The position numbers and the translations under genes were made by a program. A DNA stretch of 64,000 bases from Vulcanimicrobiota bacterium (GTDB lineage: Bacteria; Vulcanimicrobiota; Vulcanimicrobiia; Vulcanimicrobiales; Vulcanimicrobiaceae), in NCBI GenBank assembly GCA_963714015.1, contig OY970223.1:512001-576000 (forward strand), in the 5' to 3' direction. Positions 1 through 8,500 of the stretch are shown here, piece after piece. The stretch's first letter is position 1; each line of letters begins with the position of its first letter. The notes beneath the pieces were generated by a model that worked only from the letters and a program-made list of their open reading frames with translations, did no database searches and was not told the origin of the DNA.

Positions 1-294
1 CCGAACCTGCCCTCCTACCCGATCAAACAGCGTCTGCAAGCCGAGGGCGTGAACGTCGTTTTGCTCAGCGTTCCGCCGGAGGCGAACTTTCCCGAGAACA
101 TTTTCGGACTGAACGACAAAGGCGACGTGCTTTGGCAGATCGAGGCGCGGCCCTCGAAAGCGGCCAACAATAAGTACACGTCGATTCGCGACGAGGTAGG
201 CCTCGTCGTGGGCAAGACCGAGGACAACTGTCAGCGCAAGATCGACCCCAAAACCGGCAAGGTGCTGACCGAAGAGGCCGCTCCCCCGGCCTGA
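1..294 (+). CDS. Hypothetical protein, 5'-truncated by the window edge
   Basis: Frame of ORF 49..294 is open back to base 1. Contains ENIFGLNDKGDVLWQIE...IDPKTGKV. No family assigned with confidence. Confidence 0.6.
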   Translation, partial: PNLPSYPIKQRLQAEGVNVVLLSVPPEANFPENIFGLNDKGDVLWQIEARPSKAANNKYTSIRDEVGLVVGKTEDNCQRKIDPKTGKVLTEEAAPPA

Positions 295-330
295 CGAGGG
301 GGCGCCGGTCTTTCCAGCCGTGCGCTTCGC

Positions 331-361
331 TTGACGGGTCCCAGGGGGGTCGTGATATATT
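331..361 (+). promoter_or_regulatory. Sigma70-type promoter of the infC operon
   Basis: TTGACG at 331-336 and extended -10 TGaTATATT at 353-361. Confidence 0.55.
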
Positions 362-369
362 GCCTGAGC

Positions 370-484
370 CGAAGTAGGGCCCGGAAGGGTCCTCACCGGA
401 TGCCTGCGGGCGATCCGGTCTTCACCGAGGAGCCGCCGGCCGGTCTCCGCGTTGGGGTCGCTTCGGCGACGCCTTTTTTATTTT
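370..484 (+). promoter_or_regulatory. L20-leader-like autoregulatory RNA with intrinsic terminator (attenuator)
   Basis: GAAGTAG...hairpin...CTCACC arrangement as in Firmicutes L20 leaders. Hairpin GGGGTCGC-TTCG-GCGACGCC (454-473) is followed by a T tract, upstream of infC-rpmI-rplT. Confidence 0.6.
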
Positions 485-536
485 ACGCAGGGGCCCGGCC
501 GCGATAGTTCGGGTCACTTTAAACGGGGGTTTTGAC

Positions 537-1143
537 ATAGCTCGACCGCTCAGAATAAACGACCAGATACGCATCCGCCAAGTGCGCGTGATCGACGATG
601 ACGGCAGTCGAGCTGGGGATCATGCTTACCGAAGATGCTCTGGCTCGAGCGCGCAACGCCGGTTTGGACCTGATCGAGGTCTCTCCGACCGCACAACCGC
701 CGGTATGCAAAATAGCGGATTACGGACGTCTCAAGTACGAGCAATCCAAAAAAGACAAAGACGCCCGCAAAAAACAGAAGAACTTCGAACTCAAAGAAGT
801 GAAGCTGCGGCCGAAAATCGAGACCCACGATTACGAGACCAAGGCCCGCATGGCCGAACGTCTGCTGCTCGACGGAAGCAAGATCAAAGTGACGATCATG
901 TTCCGCGGGCGCGAGATAACTTATACGAGTTTTGGGCGCAAACTGCTCGATCGCATGGCGGTCGACATGGCGCCAATCGCCATAGTCGAGCGCGATCCGA
1001 AGCTCGAAGGAAAAAATATGTTCATGATCATGGCTCCCCGGCCTACACCGGCCGGACCGCCGAAGTTCTTGTCGATGCACGAGAAAGAACGCGAAAGCAA
1101 AGCCGGAGATCAAGAAGTCAAGAAGGAGCCTACAAGTGCCTAA
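537..1143 (+). CDS. infC: Translation initiation factor IF-3 (non-canonical ATA start; +1 frameshift near 610)
   Basis: ATA at 537 after GGGGGT gives IARPLRINDQIRIRQVRVIDDDGS. Removing one G near 610 joins it to QLGIMLTEDAL...EVKLRPKI...IMFRGRE (ORF 598..1143). Confidence 0.93.
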
Positions 1144-1342
1144 GATTCGTACCCACCGTGGTACCGCAAAACGTGTGAAAGTGAGTGCAAACGGTAAAGT
1201 GACGCACCGTCACCAGTTCAGCGGCTGCGGTCACATCATGAGCAAGCGCACGCGCAAGCGCAAACGCAAATTCCGTAAAGATCAGCCGGTGTTCCCGGGC
1301 GACCTCAAACGCTTGGCACCGACGATTCCGTATTTGGTGTAG
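1136..1342 (+). CDS. rpmI: 50S ribosomal protein L35
   Basis: MPKIRTHRGTAKRVKVSANGK; lies between infC and rplT. Confidence 0.97.
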   Translation: MPKIRTHRGTAKRVKVSANGKVTHRHQFSGCGHIMSKRTRKRKRKFRKDQPVFPGDLKRLAPTIPYLV

Positions 1343-1355
1343 GAGGGTACGGTAG

Positions 1356-1718
1356 ATGGCACGCATCAAACGCGGACTTCACGGTCTGAAGCACCGCCGC
1401 AAGGTCATGAAACTCGTCAAGGGCTTTCGCGCCGCCCGCCGCCGCAACTATCGCGTTGCGAACGAAGCGCTGCTGCACTCGCTTGCTTACGCATACCGCG
1501 ACCGCCGCGTCCGCAAGCGCGACTTCCGCGCTCTTTGGATCAGCCGCATCAACGCCGCCGCGCGCAAGGAAGGCCTAACGTACTCCGTTTTCATGAACGG
1601 GCTGAAAAAGTCGGGCATCAGCTTGAACCGCAAAGCGCTTGCGGAGCTCGCAGTCAGCGACGCGGCCGCTTTCGGCTCACTGCTCAAAGCCGCCAAACAA
1701 GCCGTCGGGAATAAATAA
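1356..1718 (+). CDS. rplT: 50S ribosomal protein L20
   Basis: MARIKRG...YAYRDRRVRKRDFRALWISRINAAAR; SD GGAGG. Confidence 0.98.
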   Translation: MARIKRGLHGLKHRRKVMKLVKGFRAARRRNYRVANEALLHSLAYAYRDRRVRKRDFRALWISRINAAARKEGLTYSVFMNGLKKSGISLNRKALAELAVSDAAAFGSLLKAAKQAVGNK

Positions 1719-1804
1719 TCGTTTTACCAAAAGAAAACGCCTGCGGTCTTTTTTTGCCGCTTTCGTCATAACGGCAAGGGGGCGGCTGCGATAAACTGGC
1801 TGGC

Positions 1805-2080
1805 ATGAAGAAGCGCACCGCACTCCTCTCGCTGATCGCATTACTCGCAGCTCCCGCAACGACGCTCGCGGCCGTGGATGCATCGCTCATTCCGGACGGC
1901 ACGTATGTGGTCAAAGTCGAGAAGGTCGACGACACGCAGCATGTTACCGTCGTGATGAACAACGGCATCGAGACGACGCTCCCCGCTACGGGCAGCGTGA
2001 ATTTCGGAAACGTCAAAGCGAATGAGACGATCAAAATCTCGGTCGTCAAAGGCAAAGTTCCGGTCTTCGCGATTCAGTAA
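1805..2080 (+). CDS. Small exported hypothetical protein
   Basis: Signal peptide MKKRTALLSLIALLAAPATTLA followed by a beta-rich mature region. Confidence 0.75.
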   Translation: MKKRTALLSLIALLAAPATTLAAVDASLIPDGTYVVKVEKVDDTQHVTVVMNNGIETTLPATGSVNFGNVKANETIKISVVKGKVPVFAIQ

Positions 2081-2102
2081 ACCTTCGATAAAAAAGCGCA
2101 TT

Positions 2103-2135
2103 GAAGCCTCGGTACGCAAAGTACCGGGGCTTCTT
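2103..2135 (+). terminator. 13-bp hairpin, probable terminator
   Basis: GAAGCCTCGGTAC-GCAAA-GTACCGGGGCTTC downstream of ORF 1805..2080; weak T tail. Confidence 0.45.
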
Positions 2136-2301
2136 GCCATCCCGGCGAGTGCTCGTCTCTACGCCGGCGGGTTGCTCGGAGTACCGGCGCGGTCCGGCCG
2201 CCGCGGAAGAACGTCTGCGCGAGGCTCTCCGGGTCCGGCGAGCGTCATCCTTGACCTGCCCCAGGGGCGTACTTTGGGCGTGAACGAAGTGTGGAACCGG
2301 C

Positions 2302-2868
2302 ATGGCATCGCTTACGACGCCTCCCCGAGGCGCTGACGAGGCTACGTTGGCGCAGGCCTTTGCACGGCGCGAGGAGTGGGCATTTACCGAAGCCTACCGG
2401 CGATACGGCGCGTTGCTGTACACAGTCGCGTTGAATGTGCTTCATAGCGCCGAAGAAGCGGAGGACTGCGTTCACGACGTGCTCGTGCGAGTGTGGAAAA
2501 ACGTCACTGCTTTCGCCGCGCAGCGCGGTTCAGTACGGGCGTTCCTGGTCGTCTGCGTGCGCAACGATGCGATCTCGCGGCGGCGCTCGTCCGCCCGCCG
2601 GGCGAATCTGGCGGAACGCGTCTCGCGCGACTCAGAAATGCAGCAAGAGATTCACATCGAAGATTTCGTCGAAAACCGCCGCGTGCGCGAGGCGATCGAG
2701 CAGCTTCCCGAAGATCAGCGCAATGCGGTGCTGCTCGCGTATTTCGGCGGAAAAACGCACGTAGAGATCGCCAAAGAACTGGACCAGCCGCTCGGAACGA
2801 TAAAAAGCCGGATCTCGCTCGGTCTTCGCAAACTGGGACTCGCGCTTTCGATCGGAGCTCACTCGTGA
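2302..2868 (+). CDS. ECF RNA polymerase sigma factor (SigK-like)
   Basis: Region 2 AEDCVHDVLVRVW; region 4 AVLLAYFGGKTHVEIAKELDQPLGTIKSRI. Confidence 0.92.
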   Translation: MASLTTPPRGADEATLAQAFARREEWAFTEAYRRYGALLYTVALNVLHSAEEAEDCVHDVLVRVWKNVTAFAAQRGSVRAFLVVCVRNDAISRRRSSARRANLAERVSRDSEMQQEIHIEDFVENRRVREAIEQLPEDQRNAVLLAYFGGKTHVEIAKELDQPLGTIKSRISLGLRKLGLALSIGAHS

Positions 2869-3521
2869 GCGAGCATATCGAGGAACTTGCCGAACTCTAC
2901 GCGCTAGGAACGCTCGACGATTTGGAGCGGGCGCGGGTCGAAAAGCACGTCGAAAGCTGCGAGGATTGCGCGATCCGCCTGGACGAAGCGGCGATCGTCG
3001 TCGCGGACGTTGCCCAAGCCCAGTCGACCGTAACGCCGCCGCACCAGTTGGAGACCCGCTTGTTGCAATCGGCGGGGCTGCAGCGGAGCCGGCCATCCGC
3101 GCGGCGCCCGCTTTGGCATTGGCAAGTCTTCGGCGCTATTGCCGCGGTGTTCGCGCTTGCATTCGTTCCGGCTTGGGTTGCCGTAGACTTCACGTCGCTT
3201 GCGCGCAACGACGACAACCGCGCGCTGGCGCGGCTCGCGAGCGCGCCGTTCAACCGCGCCACCTTCATGGGTTCGAATCACCGGCCGATGGACGCCAAGG
3301 TTTTGTATGGGCCGGGCGGCGACTGGTACTACGTCGTCGTGATGCATCCTAGCCCCAACATGCACGTTGCGTACATGCACGGGGCAAGGATGGAGATGCT
3401 GGGCACCGTTGCGATGCACGGCGAGAGCGGAACGCTCTATCTTCCCGTCAAGCACAAAATGGAAGAACTCGCGCTGCTTGAGGGCAGCCGGGTCGTTGCC
3501 GACGCGCATCTCGTCTACTGA
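2865..3521 (+). CDS. Membrane-anchored zinc-binding anti-sigma factor (RskA-like)
   Basis: GTG start overlapping the sigma stop (GTGA); LYALGTL motif, HxxxCxxC (HVESCEDC), one TM segment. Confidence 0.85.
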   Translation: MSEHIEELAELYALGTLDDLERARVEKHVESCEDCAIRLDEAAIVVADVAQAQSTVTPPHQLETRLLQSAGLQRSRPSARRPLWHWQVFGAIAAVFALAFVPAWVAVDFTSLARNDDNRALARLASAPFNRATFMGSNHRPMDAKVLYGPGGDWYYVVVMHPSPNMHVAYMHGARMEMLGTVAMHGESGTLYLPVKHKMEELALLEGSRVVADAHLVY

Positions 3522-3589
3522 ATCAGGCCTTCGTAAAACCTCGATAAAGCGCCGAAGGCGCTCGCCCACCCTCACCGAACTGCGGCACC

Positions 3590-5026
3590 ATGGCCAACCG
3601 GGTCGCCTGCTTATTGCTGGCTCTGTTTCTCGTCCCCGCTGCCGGGAGCGCCGCGCCTCAAACCGCCGCCCCGCCGGCGGTTCCACAAGCCCAGCTCACG
3701 CCGCCGCCATTCACGCCGGACCGCGCTCGCGCAATCGAGGGTATTGCGCTCGGTGAGATCCACTCCGGCAGCACGCCGGGCCTGGCAATAGGCGTGGTCG
3801 AGGACGGCCTGCTCGTGTACGCTCACGGCTTCGGAACCGCCAATCTGGAAACGCATCGCGGCATGAGCGTCTCGACGGAATTCTACACCGGATCGCTCAT
3901 GCAGCAGTTTACCGCGGCCGCGGTGCTGCTGCTGGTCCAGCGCAAACAGATCGCGCTTACCGACAAGGTGACCAAGTACGTTCCCGAACTGAGCATAGCA
4001 AAAAACGTGACGGTAGAAGAGCTGCTGTACCACACGTCGGGTCTGCCCGATGCAACGCAGGCGCCCGGAATCGTTCACGATCTCACGCGGCCCGTCAAAA
4101 TCGCCGACTTGCTCAAAGCCGTCGACAAGATGAACTTGTCATTCGATCCCGGCACGAAGGCTCAGTACAACAACTTCAATTACACGATAGCGGCGTTGAT
4201 CGTCGAACGGGTAACGCAGCTTCCGCTCTCGGTGTTCTTGTCCTCGAACGTCTTTCAACCGCTGATCATGACCTCGACGTTCCTGGCGGGCGATCAAGGG
4301 ATTTCGCAAGCACACGCCGTCGGCTACACGCGCTCGAACGGCCGGTTCGTGCGGGCCAAGACGTGGAATCCCGCGTGGTTGGCCGGCAGCGGCGATCTGG
4401 TGACGACGGTCGACGATTTGGCGAAATGGGACGTCGGCCTGCCCTTGATTCTCAACGTCGATTCGGTGCGCAGCATGTGGAGCGTAGCTCCGAACGTCGC
4501 CGGTTCGCAATTCGGCATGGGCTGGATCATCGATCAGCGCGGCGGAGCCCGATTCGTGTGGCATGCCGGACAGATAGCGGGATTTCACGCAATGAACGCG
4601 CTCTTGCCCGATCAGCACGTAGCGGTCATCGTTCTCACGAACGCCGACTCGCTCGGTGAGAGTACGGTTCAGCCCGAACTGGTAGCCAATCGGATTCTAG
4701 ACGTGGTGGCGCCGCTTCCGCCGGCGCACTTCGCCAACGTGATTCTGACGCGAGCTGGAGAATGGCTCGGCCGGCTTGCGCGAGGCGACATCGATCGAAC
4801 GCAGCTTACGCCGGCTTTCAGTCAATACTTAACGGATCAGCTTGTAGAACAGACTGATCTCAAATCCCTCGGACCGGTAATTTCGATGGTCCCAATCGAG
4901 AGCTATCAAAGCTCGGATGACACGGTGTACGTCTTTGACGTTCGTTTCCGCCGCGGCGCCTTACGGTATCAATTCAAGGTCACGCCGGACGGGAAAGTTG
5001 ACGGGATTCAGCTCTCGGGCGATTAG
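3590..5026 (+). CDS. Exported serine hydrolase, beta-lactamase/AmpC family (SxxK reads SLMQ)
   Basis: Signal peptide; PGLAIGVV, LLYHTSGL, YNN, WHAG motifs. Confidence 0.88.
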   Translation: MANRVACLLLALFLVPAAGSAAPQTAAPPAVPQAQLTPPPFTPDRARAIEGIALGEIHSGSTPGLAIGVVEDGLLVYAHGFGTANLETHRGMSVSTEFYTGSLMQQFTAAAVLLLVQRKQIALTDKVTKYVPELSIAKNVTVEELLYHTSGLPDATQAPGIVHDLTRPVKIADLLKAVDKMNLSFDPGTKAQYNNFNYTIAALIVERVTQLPLSVFLSSNVFQPLIMTSTFLAGDQGISQAHAVGYTRSNGRFVRAKTWNPAWLAGSGDLVTTVDDLAKWDVGLPLILNVDSVRSMWSVAPNVAGSQFGMGWIIDQRGGARFVWHAGQIAGFHAMNALLPDQHVAVIVLTNADSLGESTVQPELVANRILDVVAPLPPAHFANVILTRAGEWLGRLARGDIDRTQLTPAFSQYLTDQLVEQTDLKSLGPVISMVPIESYQSSDDTVYVFDVRFRRGALRYQFKVTPDGKVDGIQLSGD

Positions 5027-5298
5027 TCGTCGCCGTTTGCCAGCCGCCGTCCCGTCGCCTCGATAACCTTGCCCAGCATGCTCACCGCTTCCGCGCGCGA
5101 GGCGTTGCTGAACATGTACTTGAGCTTGTCGTCGGAATCTTCAACGATCAGCACGGCGCGTTTGCCCGCGCGAACCGCTGCGATCAGCTTGTTGAGATAG
5201 GCTTCGTCTTCCGGAGCCAAAACCGACGGAGCGCCGGCGTCTTTGCCGTCGCTGAGCAAATATTTTAGGACCGCATTTATATCTCGCGGAGTATCCAA
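5023..5298 (-). CDS. Hypothetical protein
   Basis: TTG start with GGAGG upstream; protein-like composition. Confidence 0.7.
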   Translation of the reverse strand: MDTPRDINAVLKYLLSDGKDAGAPSVLAPEDEAYLNKLIAAVRAGKRAVLIVEDSDDKLKYMFSNASRAEAVSMLGKVIEATGRRLANGDD

Positions 5299-5399
5299 CG
5301 CGCACCATCCTCCATGGCAGAAACTGCCGCCATCTACTAAAAGCGCATAAGCGGCTTTAGCGGCTGTTTCGTCTATAGATTATCGACCCTTAAATGAAA

Positions 5400-5933
5400 C
5401 TATTTATGTCGACGCCCTGCCAGCCAAAGGAGCGCCAAGATCGTTTTCATGTCGACGATCTCGCCGCTTGCTTGCATGGACCAGGCCTCGTCGAAGGATA
5501 CTTCGCGAACCTCGATGCGTTCATCTTCTTCCAGCGCCTGCGGGCCGGCATGCAATTCTCGCGCGGCATAAACGTGCACTCGCTCGGTACAAAAACCGGG
5601 CGTCGGATATGCCGTGCAGAGCGCCTCCCAGCGGTCCGCCACGTAACCGGTTTCCTCGCGGAGCTCGCGCTGTGCGCCTGCTTCGCATTCCTCTCCCGGT
5701 TCAGCCGTCCCGGCCGGAATTTCCCAGAGCTCGGCACGAGCGGCGTGGCGATATTGGCGCACCAGAACCAGCCGGTCGTCCGCAGGCATCGCCGCGATCG
5801 CGAACGAGCCCGGATGCTGGATGATGTCGACATTGCGTTCCTTGCCGTCAATTTCGATGGAATCGACGCGAACCGTAAAGATTCGGCCTTTGTAAATTTC
5901 TTGCGAACGCAGCACTTCAGGGAGGTCGGGCAT
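5400..5933 (-). CDS. NUDIX hydrolase (ADP-ribose pyrophosphatase-like)
   Basis: Nudix box GTAEPGEECEAGAQRELREETG; LVRQYRHA; start placed at ATG 5933. Confidence 0.92.
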   Translation of the reverse strand: MPDLPEVLRSQEIYKGRIFTVRVDSIEIDGKERNVDIIQHPGSFAIAAMPADDRLVLVRQYRHAARAELWEIPAGTAEPGEECEAGAQRELREETGYVADRWEALCTAYPTPGFCTERVHVYAARELHAGPQALEEDERIEVREVSFDEAWSMQASGEIVDMKTILALLWLAGRRHK

Positions 5934-6012
5934 GCCGGTCAATTTGACGCAACGTGCGAACAAGTCCCGCGCCGAAACGGATTAGATCGCTCGATGCGCG
6001 TACAACCGCAAC

Positions 6013-6204
6013 GTGCAGTCTTCGATCGGGCGGGAACTTCTATGGCTCGCCGTGTGGCTCGCCATTTTCGTGCTGCTGACGGTACTGATGCTCAAGTTCG
6101 TCGTGCCGCACCACTTCAACGATCGCATCGCCGTTATAATCTCGGCCATCCTCTCCGGCCTTGCGATGATCGGACTACGTGCCTACGCCACTCGGGGCGC
6201 ATAA
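6013..6204 (+). CDS. Small two-TM membrane protein
   Basis: Two hydrophobic helices; overlaps the start of the next gene. Confidence 0.6.
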   Translation: MQSSIGRELLWLAVWLAIFVLLTVLMLKFVVPHHFNDRIAVIISAILSGLAMIGLRAYATRGA

Positions 6205-6952
6205 CGCCCGGCTGAGCCTCGTTCGCGAGCTGCTCACGAAAAAGGGGCGGCAGCAACACGCGCGCTTTTCGTTCGAGGGACCGACGCTGCTGGAGGAGGC
6301 ACTTCGCGCCGGCGTTCCGGTCGAAGCAGTCTACGCGACGCCGGAAAGATACGAGTCGTCACCGCCGCTGCAGATGGCGGAGTCCCACGGCATCGGCGTT
6401 TATCTCGTGGACGACCGGAGCATGGCGCGGATCTCCGATCTGGATACCCCGCCGGGCATCGTCGCGGTCGCACCTATCACTCTGGAACCGCTGGAGAAGC
6501 TGCTCGAGGCACCGGGGATAGTGCTGTTGCTGGCCGATGTCAATGACCCCGGGAATGCCGGCACGCTGCTACGGACGGCTGATGCCTTCGGCGTCGATCG
6601 GGTCGTGTTCGGTTCCGAAGGGGCCGCTCCGCACAACCCCAAGGTCGTCCGGGCGGCCATGGGCTCTATCTTCCGCGTTCGACTCGCGACAGCCCAGCCG
6701 GACGGGCTCAGTCACGCCGCCGCCTCGCGGCGCGTCACCGGCCTGACCGCCCGCGGCGAGCCGCTCCGCGGACTGGAATGGCATGAAAGCGACGTCTTGG
6801 TCGTTGGGAGCGAGCGAAGAGGGCTCGGAGACTGGGCGCGCGTCTGCAGCCGCTACGCGGCCATTCCAATGCTCGGCCAGGCGGAAAGCCTTAATGCCGC
6901 AGCGGCCGGCTCGATCGCCCTTTACGAGGCGACCAAGCCGCAGCAGGGTTGA
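6179..6952 (+). CDS. TrmH/SpoU family RNA methyltransferase
   Basis: DPGNAGTLLRTADAFG, VGSERRGL, IPMLGQAESLNAAAA. Confidence 0.93.
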   Translation: MPTPLGAHNARLSLVRELLTKKGRQQHARFSFEGPTLLEEALRAGVPVEAVYATPERYESSPPLQMAESHGIGVYLVDDRSMARISDLDTPPGIVAVAPITLEPLEKLLEAPGIVLLLADVNDPGNAGTLLRTADAFGVDRVVFGSEGAAPHNPKVVRAAMGSIFRVRLATAQPDGLSHAAASRRVTGLTARGEPLRGLEWHESDVLVVGSERRGLGDWARVCSRYAAIPMLGQAESLNAAAAGSIALYEATKPQQG

Positions 6953-7031
6953 CTCCAGACCCCCTCCGGCCGCGTTGTCAAGACAGTGCCTTCGGGCCGA
7001 AAAGTCAAGACTATCTTGTGGAAAAGTCGCA

Positions 7032-7040
7032 TGCTATACT
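7032..7040 (+). promoter_or_regulatory. Extended -10 promoter element upstream of the YqzL-like ORF
   Basis: TGCTATACT. Confidence 0.45.
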
Positions 7041-7100
7041 GCTGCCATTCGCACAGGCGTGCGGAGCCAAAACGTTCTGAGAAGGAGACCCAAGAAGCCG

Positions 7101-7202
7101 ATGGCGACCTGCGAATTCTTTTGGAAACTCTTTAAGGACACGGGATCGATCAACGCGTATCTGATATACCGGCAACTCCATCCCACACCGGCTCCAACGT
7201 AG
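7101..7202 (+). CDS. YqzL-like small protein (33 aa)
   Basis: MATCEFFWKLFKDTGSINAYLIYRQLHPTPAPT matches the YqzL pattern WxxFxxTGxIxxYLxY; GAAGGAG upstream and its own terminator. Confidence 0.75.
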   Translation: MATCEFFWKLFKDTGSINAYLIYRQLHPTPAPT

Positions 7203-7218
7203 TAAAAAGATTTCTATC

Positions 7219-7256
7219 AAACGCCCGGAATATCGCCGGGCGTTTTCATTTTTTTT
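7219..7256 (+). terminator. Rho-independent terminator
   Basis: AAACGCCCGG-AATATCG-CCGGGCGTTT followed by a T tract. Confidence 0.8.
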
Positions 7257-7464
7257 GGTCTTCGTGCCGGCTGTACTGCGGCTCGGGCGACGCTCGAAAA
7301 TCGACATCCGCTCGATTTTCTGCTAAGTGAAATTCTTGCAATGCGCGCGTTGAAACAGACGTCCTGTCTGGGCGGAAATTATCACATTGACCTCGGCCGG
7401 AGTACCTGCGGGGCCGAAAGAAAGAAAGCCCGGAAACAGTTCGGGCGTTTGCTGGAAAATTGGG

Positions 7465-8500
7465 ATGAGCGGCTTGGATCAACAGCTTAACGGAGCTTAA
7501 AGAACGATTTGAGGAGGCGTTAGGGCGCGTTACGAACGAGCGCGCTTTAGAAGAAGTACGAGTTCGATTTTTAGGCCGCAGCGGCGAGGTCACCGTCTTG
7601 CGGCGCGCCATCGGGCAGCTGCCTGCCGCCGAGCGGCCCGGCGCCGGCAAAGTCGTAAACGAAGCCGTCGCTCATATGGAGCGGCTGCTCGGCGAGGCGC
7701 AGGCAAAGATCGAAGCGCAAGCGTTCGAAGCTGAACTTCAAACGCGGATCGACGTCACGTTCCCCTCGCCTGAGCCTCGGATGGGGACGATACACCCGAT
7801 CCGCCGCGTCATCGAAGATGCGTGCGCGTACTTTCAGCGGCACGGATTCGCCGTCGTTCTCGGACCCGAAATCGAACCGGAATACTACAACTTCGATGCG
7901 CTGAACATTCCGCCCGATCATCCCGCGCGCGAGGGCTTCGACTCGTTTTTCTTGAGCGATAATCTTCTACTGCGCCCGCATACCTCGCCGATGCAGATTC
8001 GCACGATGCAGCAGCAGCGCCCGCCGGTCGCCGTCGTCGTTCCGGGACGCTGTTACCGGCGCGATGCCGTCGACGCGCGGCATTTGTTTCAGTTCGTGCA
8101 AATCGAAGGTCTGCTGGTCGACGAAGGCGTCCACTTCGGTCATCTCAAGGGAATGCTCACCGGTATGTGCCGCGAGCTCTTCGGCCGCGATCAGCAAGTG
8201 CGCTTTAGGCCTTCGTTCTTTCCATTTACGGAGCCGAGCGCCGAAGTGGACACGACGTGCCCGTTATGCCGCGGCGAGTCGACCGAATGCCGCATGTGCG
8301 GCGGCTCCGGATGGATCGAATTGGGCGGATCCGGTATGGTGCATCCTAACGTGCTGCGCAACATGGATTACGATCCCGCCGTGTACTCCGGCTGGGCCTT
8401 CGGCTTCGGCATCGAGCGTTTGGCGCTCGTCCGCTATGACGTCGACGACATTCGGCGTTTCTACGAAAACGCGCCGGACTTTTTGAGGCAGCTCTCATGA
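7465..8500 (+). CDS. pheS: Phenylalanyl-tRNA synthetase alpha subunit (+1 frameshift near 7489)
   Basis: ATG 7465 MSGLDQQL joins TELKERFEEAL...RVRFLGRSG if one A is removed. Motifs NFDALNIPPDHPAR, RPSFFPFTEPS, GWAFGFGIERL. Confidence 0.95.

Noticed and set aside
2101..2283. 60-aa ORF between the exported protein and the sigma factor
   Set aside because: Begins inside a terminator-like hairpin, has no SD and no recognisable motif
2317..2330. 14-nt match (ACGCCTCCCCGAGG) to the repeat unit, and an 11-nt match at 322-332
   Set aside because: Short GC-rich matches are plausible by chance in 64 kb; flanks do not align
7260..7464. T-box riboswitch upstream of pheS
   Set aside because: No T-box consensus (GGTGG.ACC.CG) or antiterminator visible
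537..8500. Programmed frameshifting or pseudogenisation of infC and pheS
   Set aside because: Essential genes with otherwise intact sequence, no shared slippery site, and similar indels in unrelated genes; assembly error is more parsimonious
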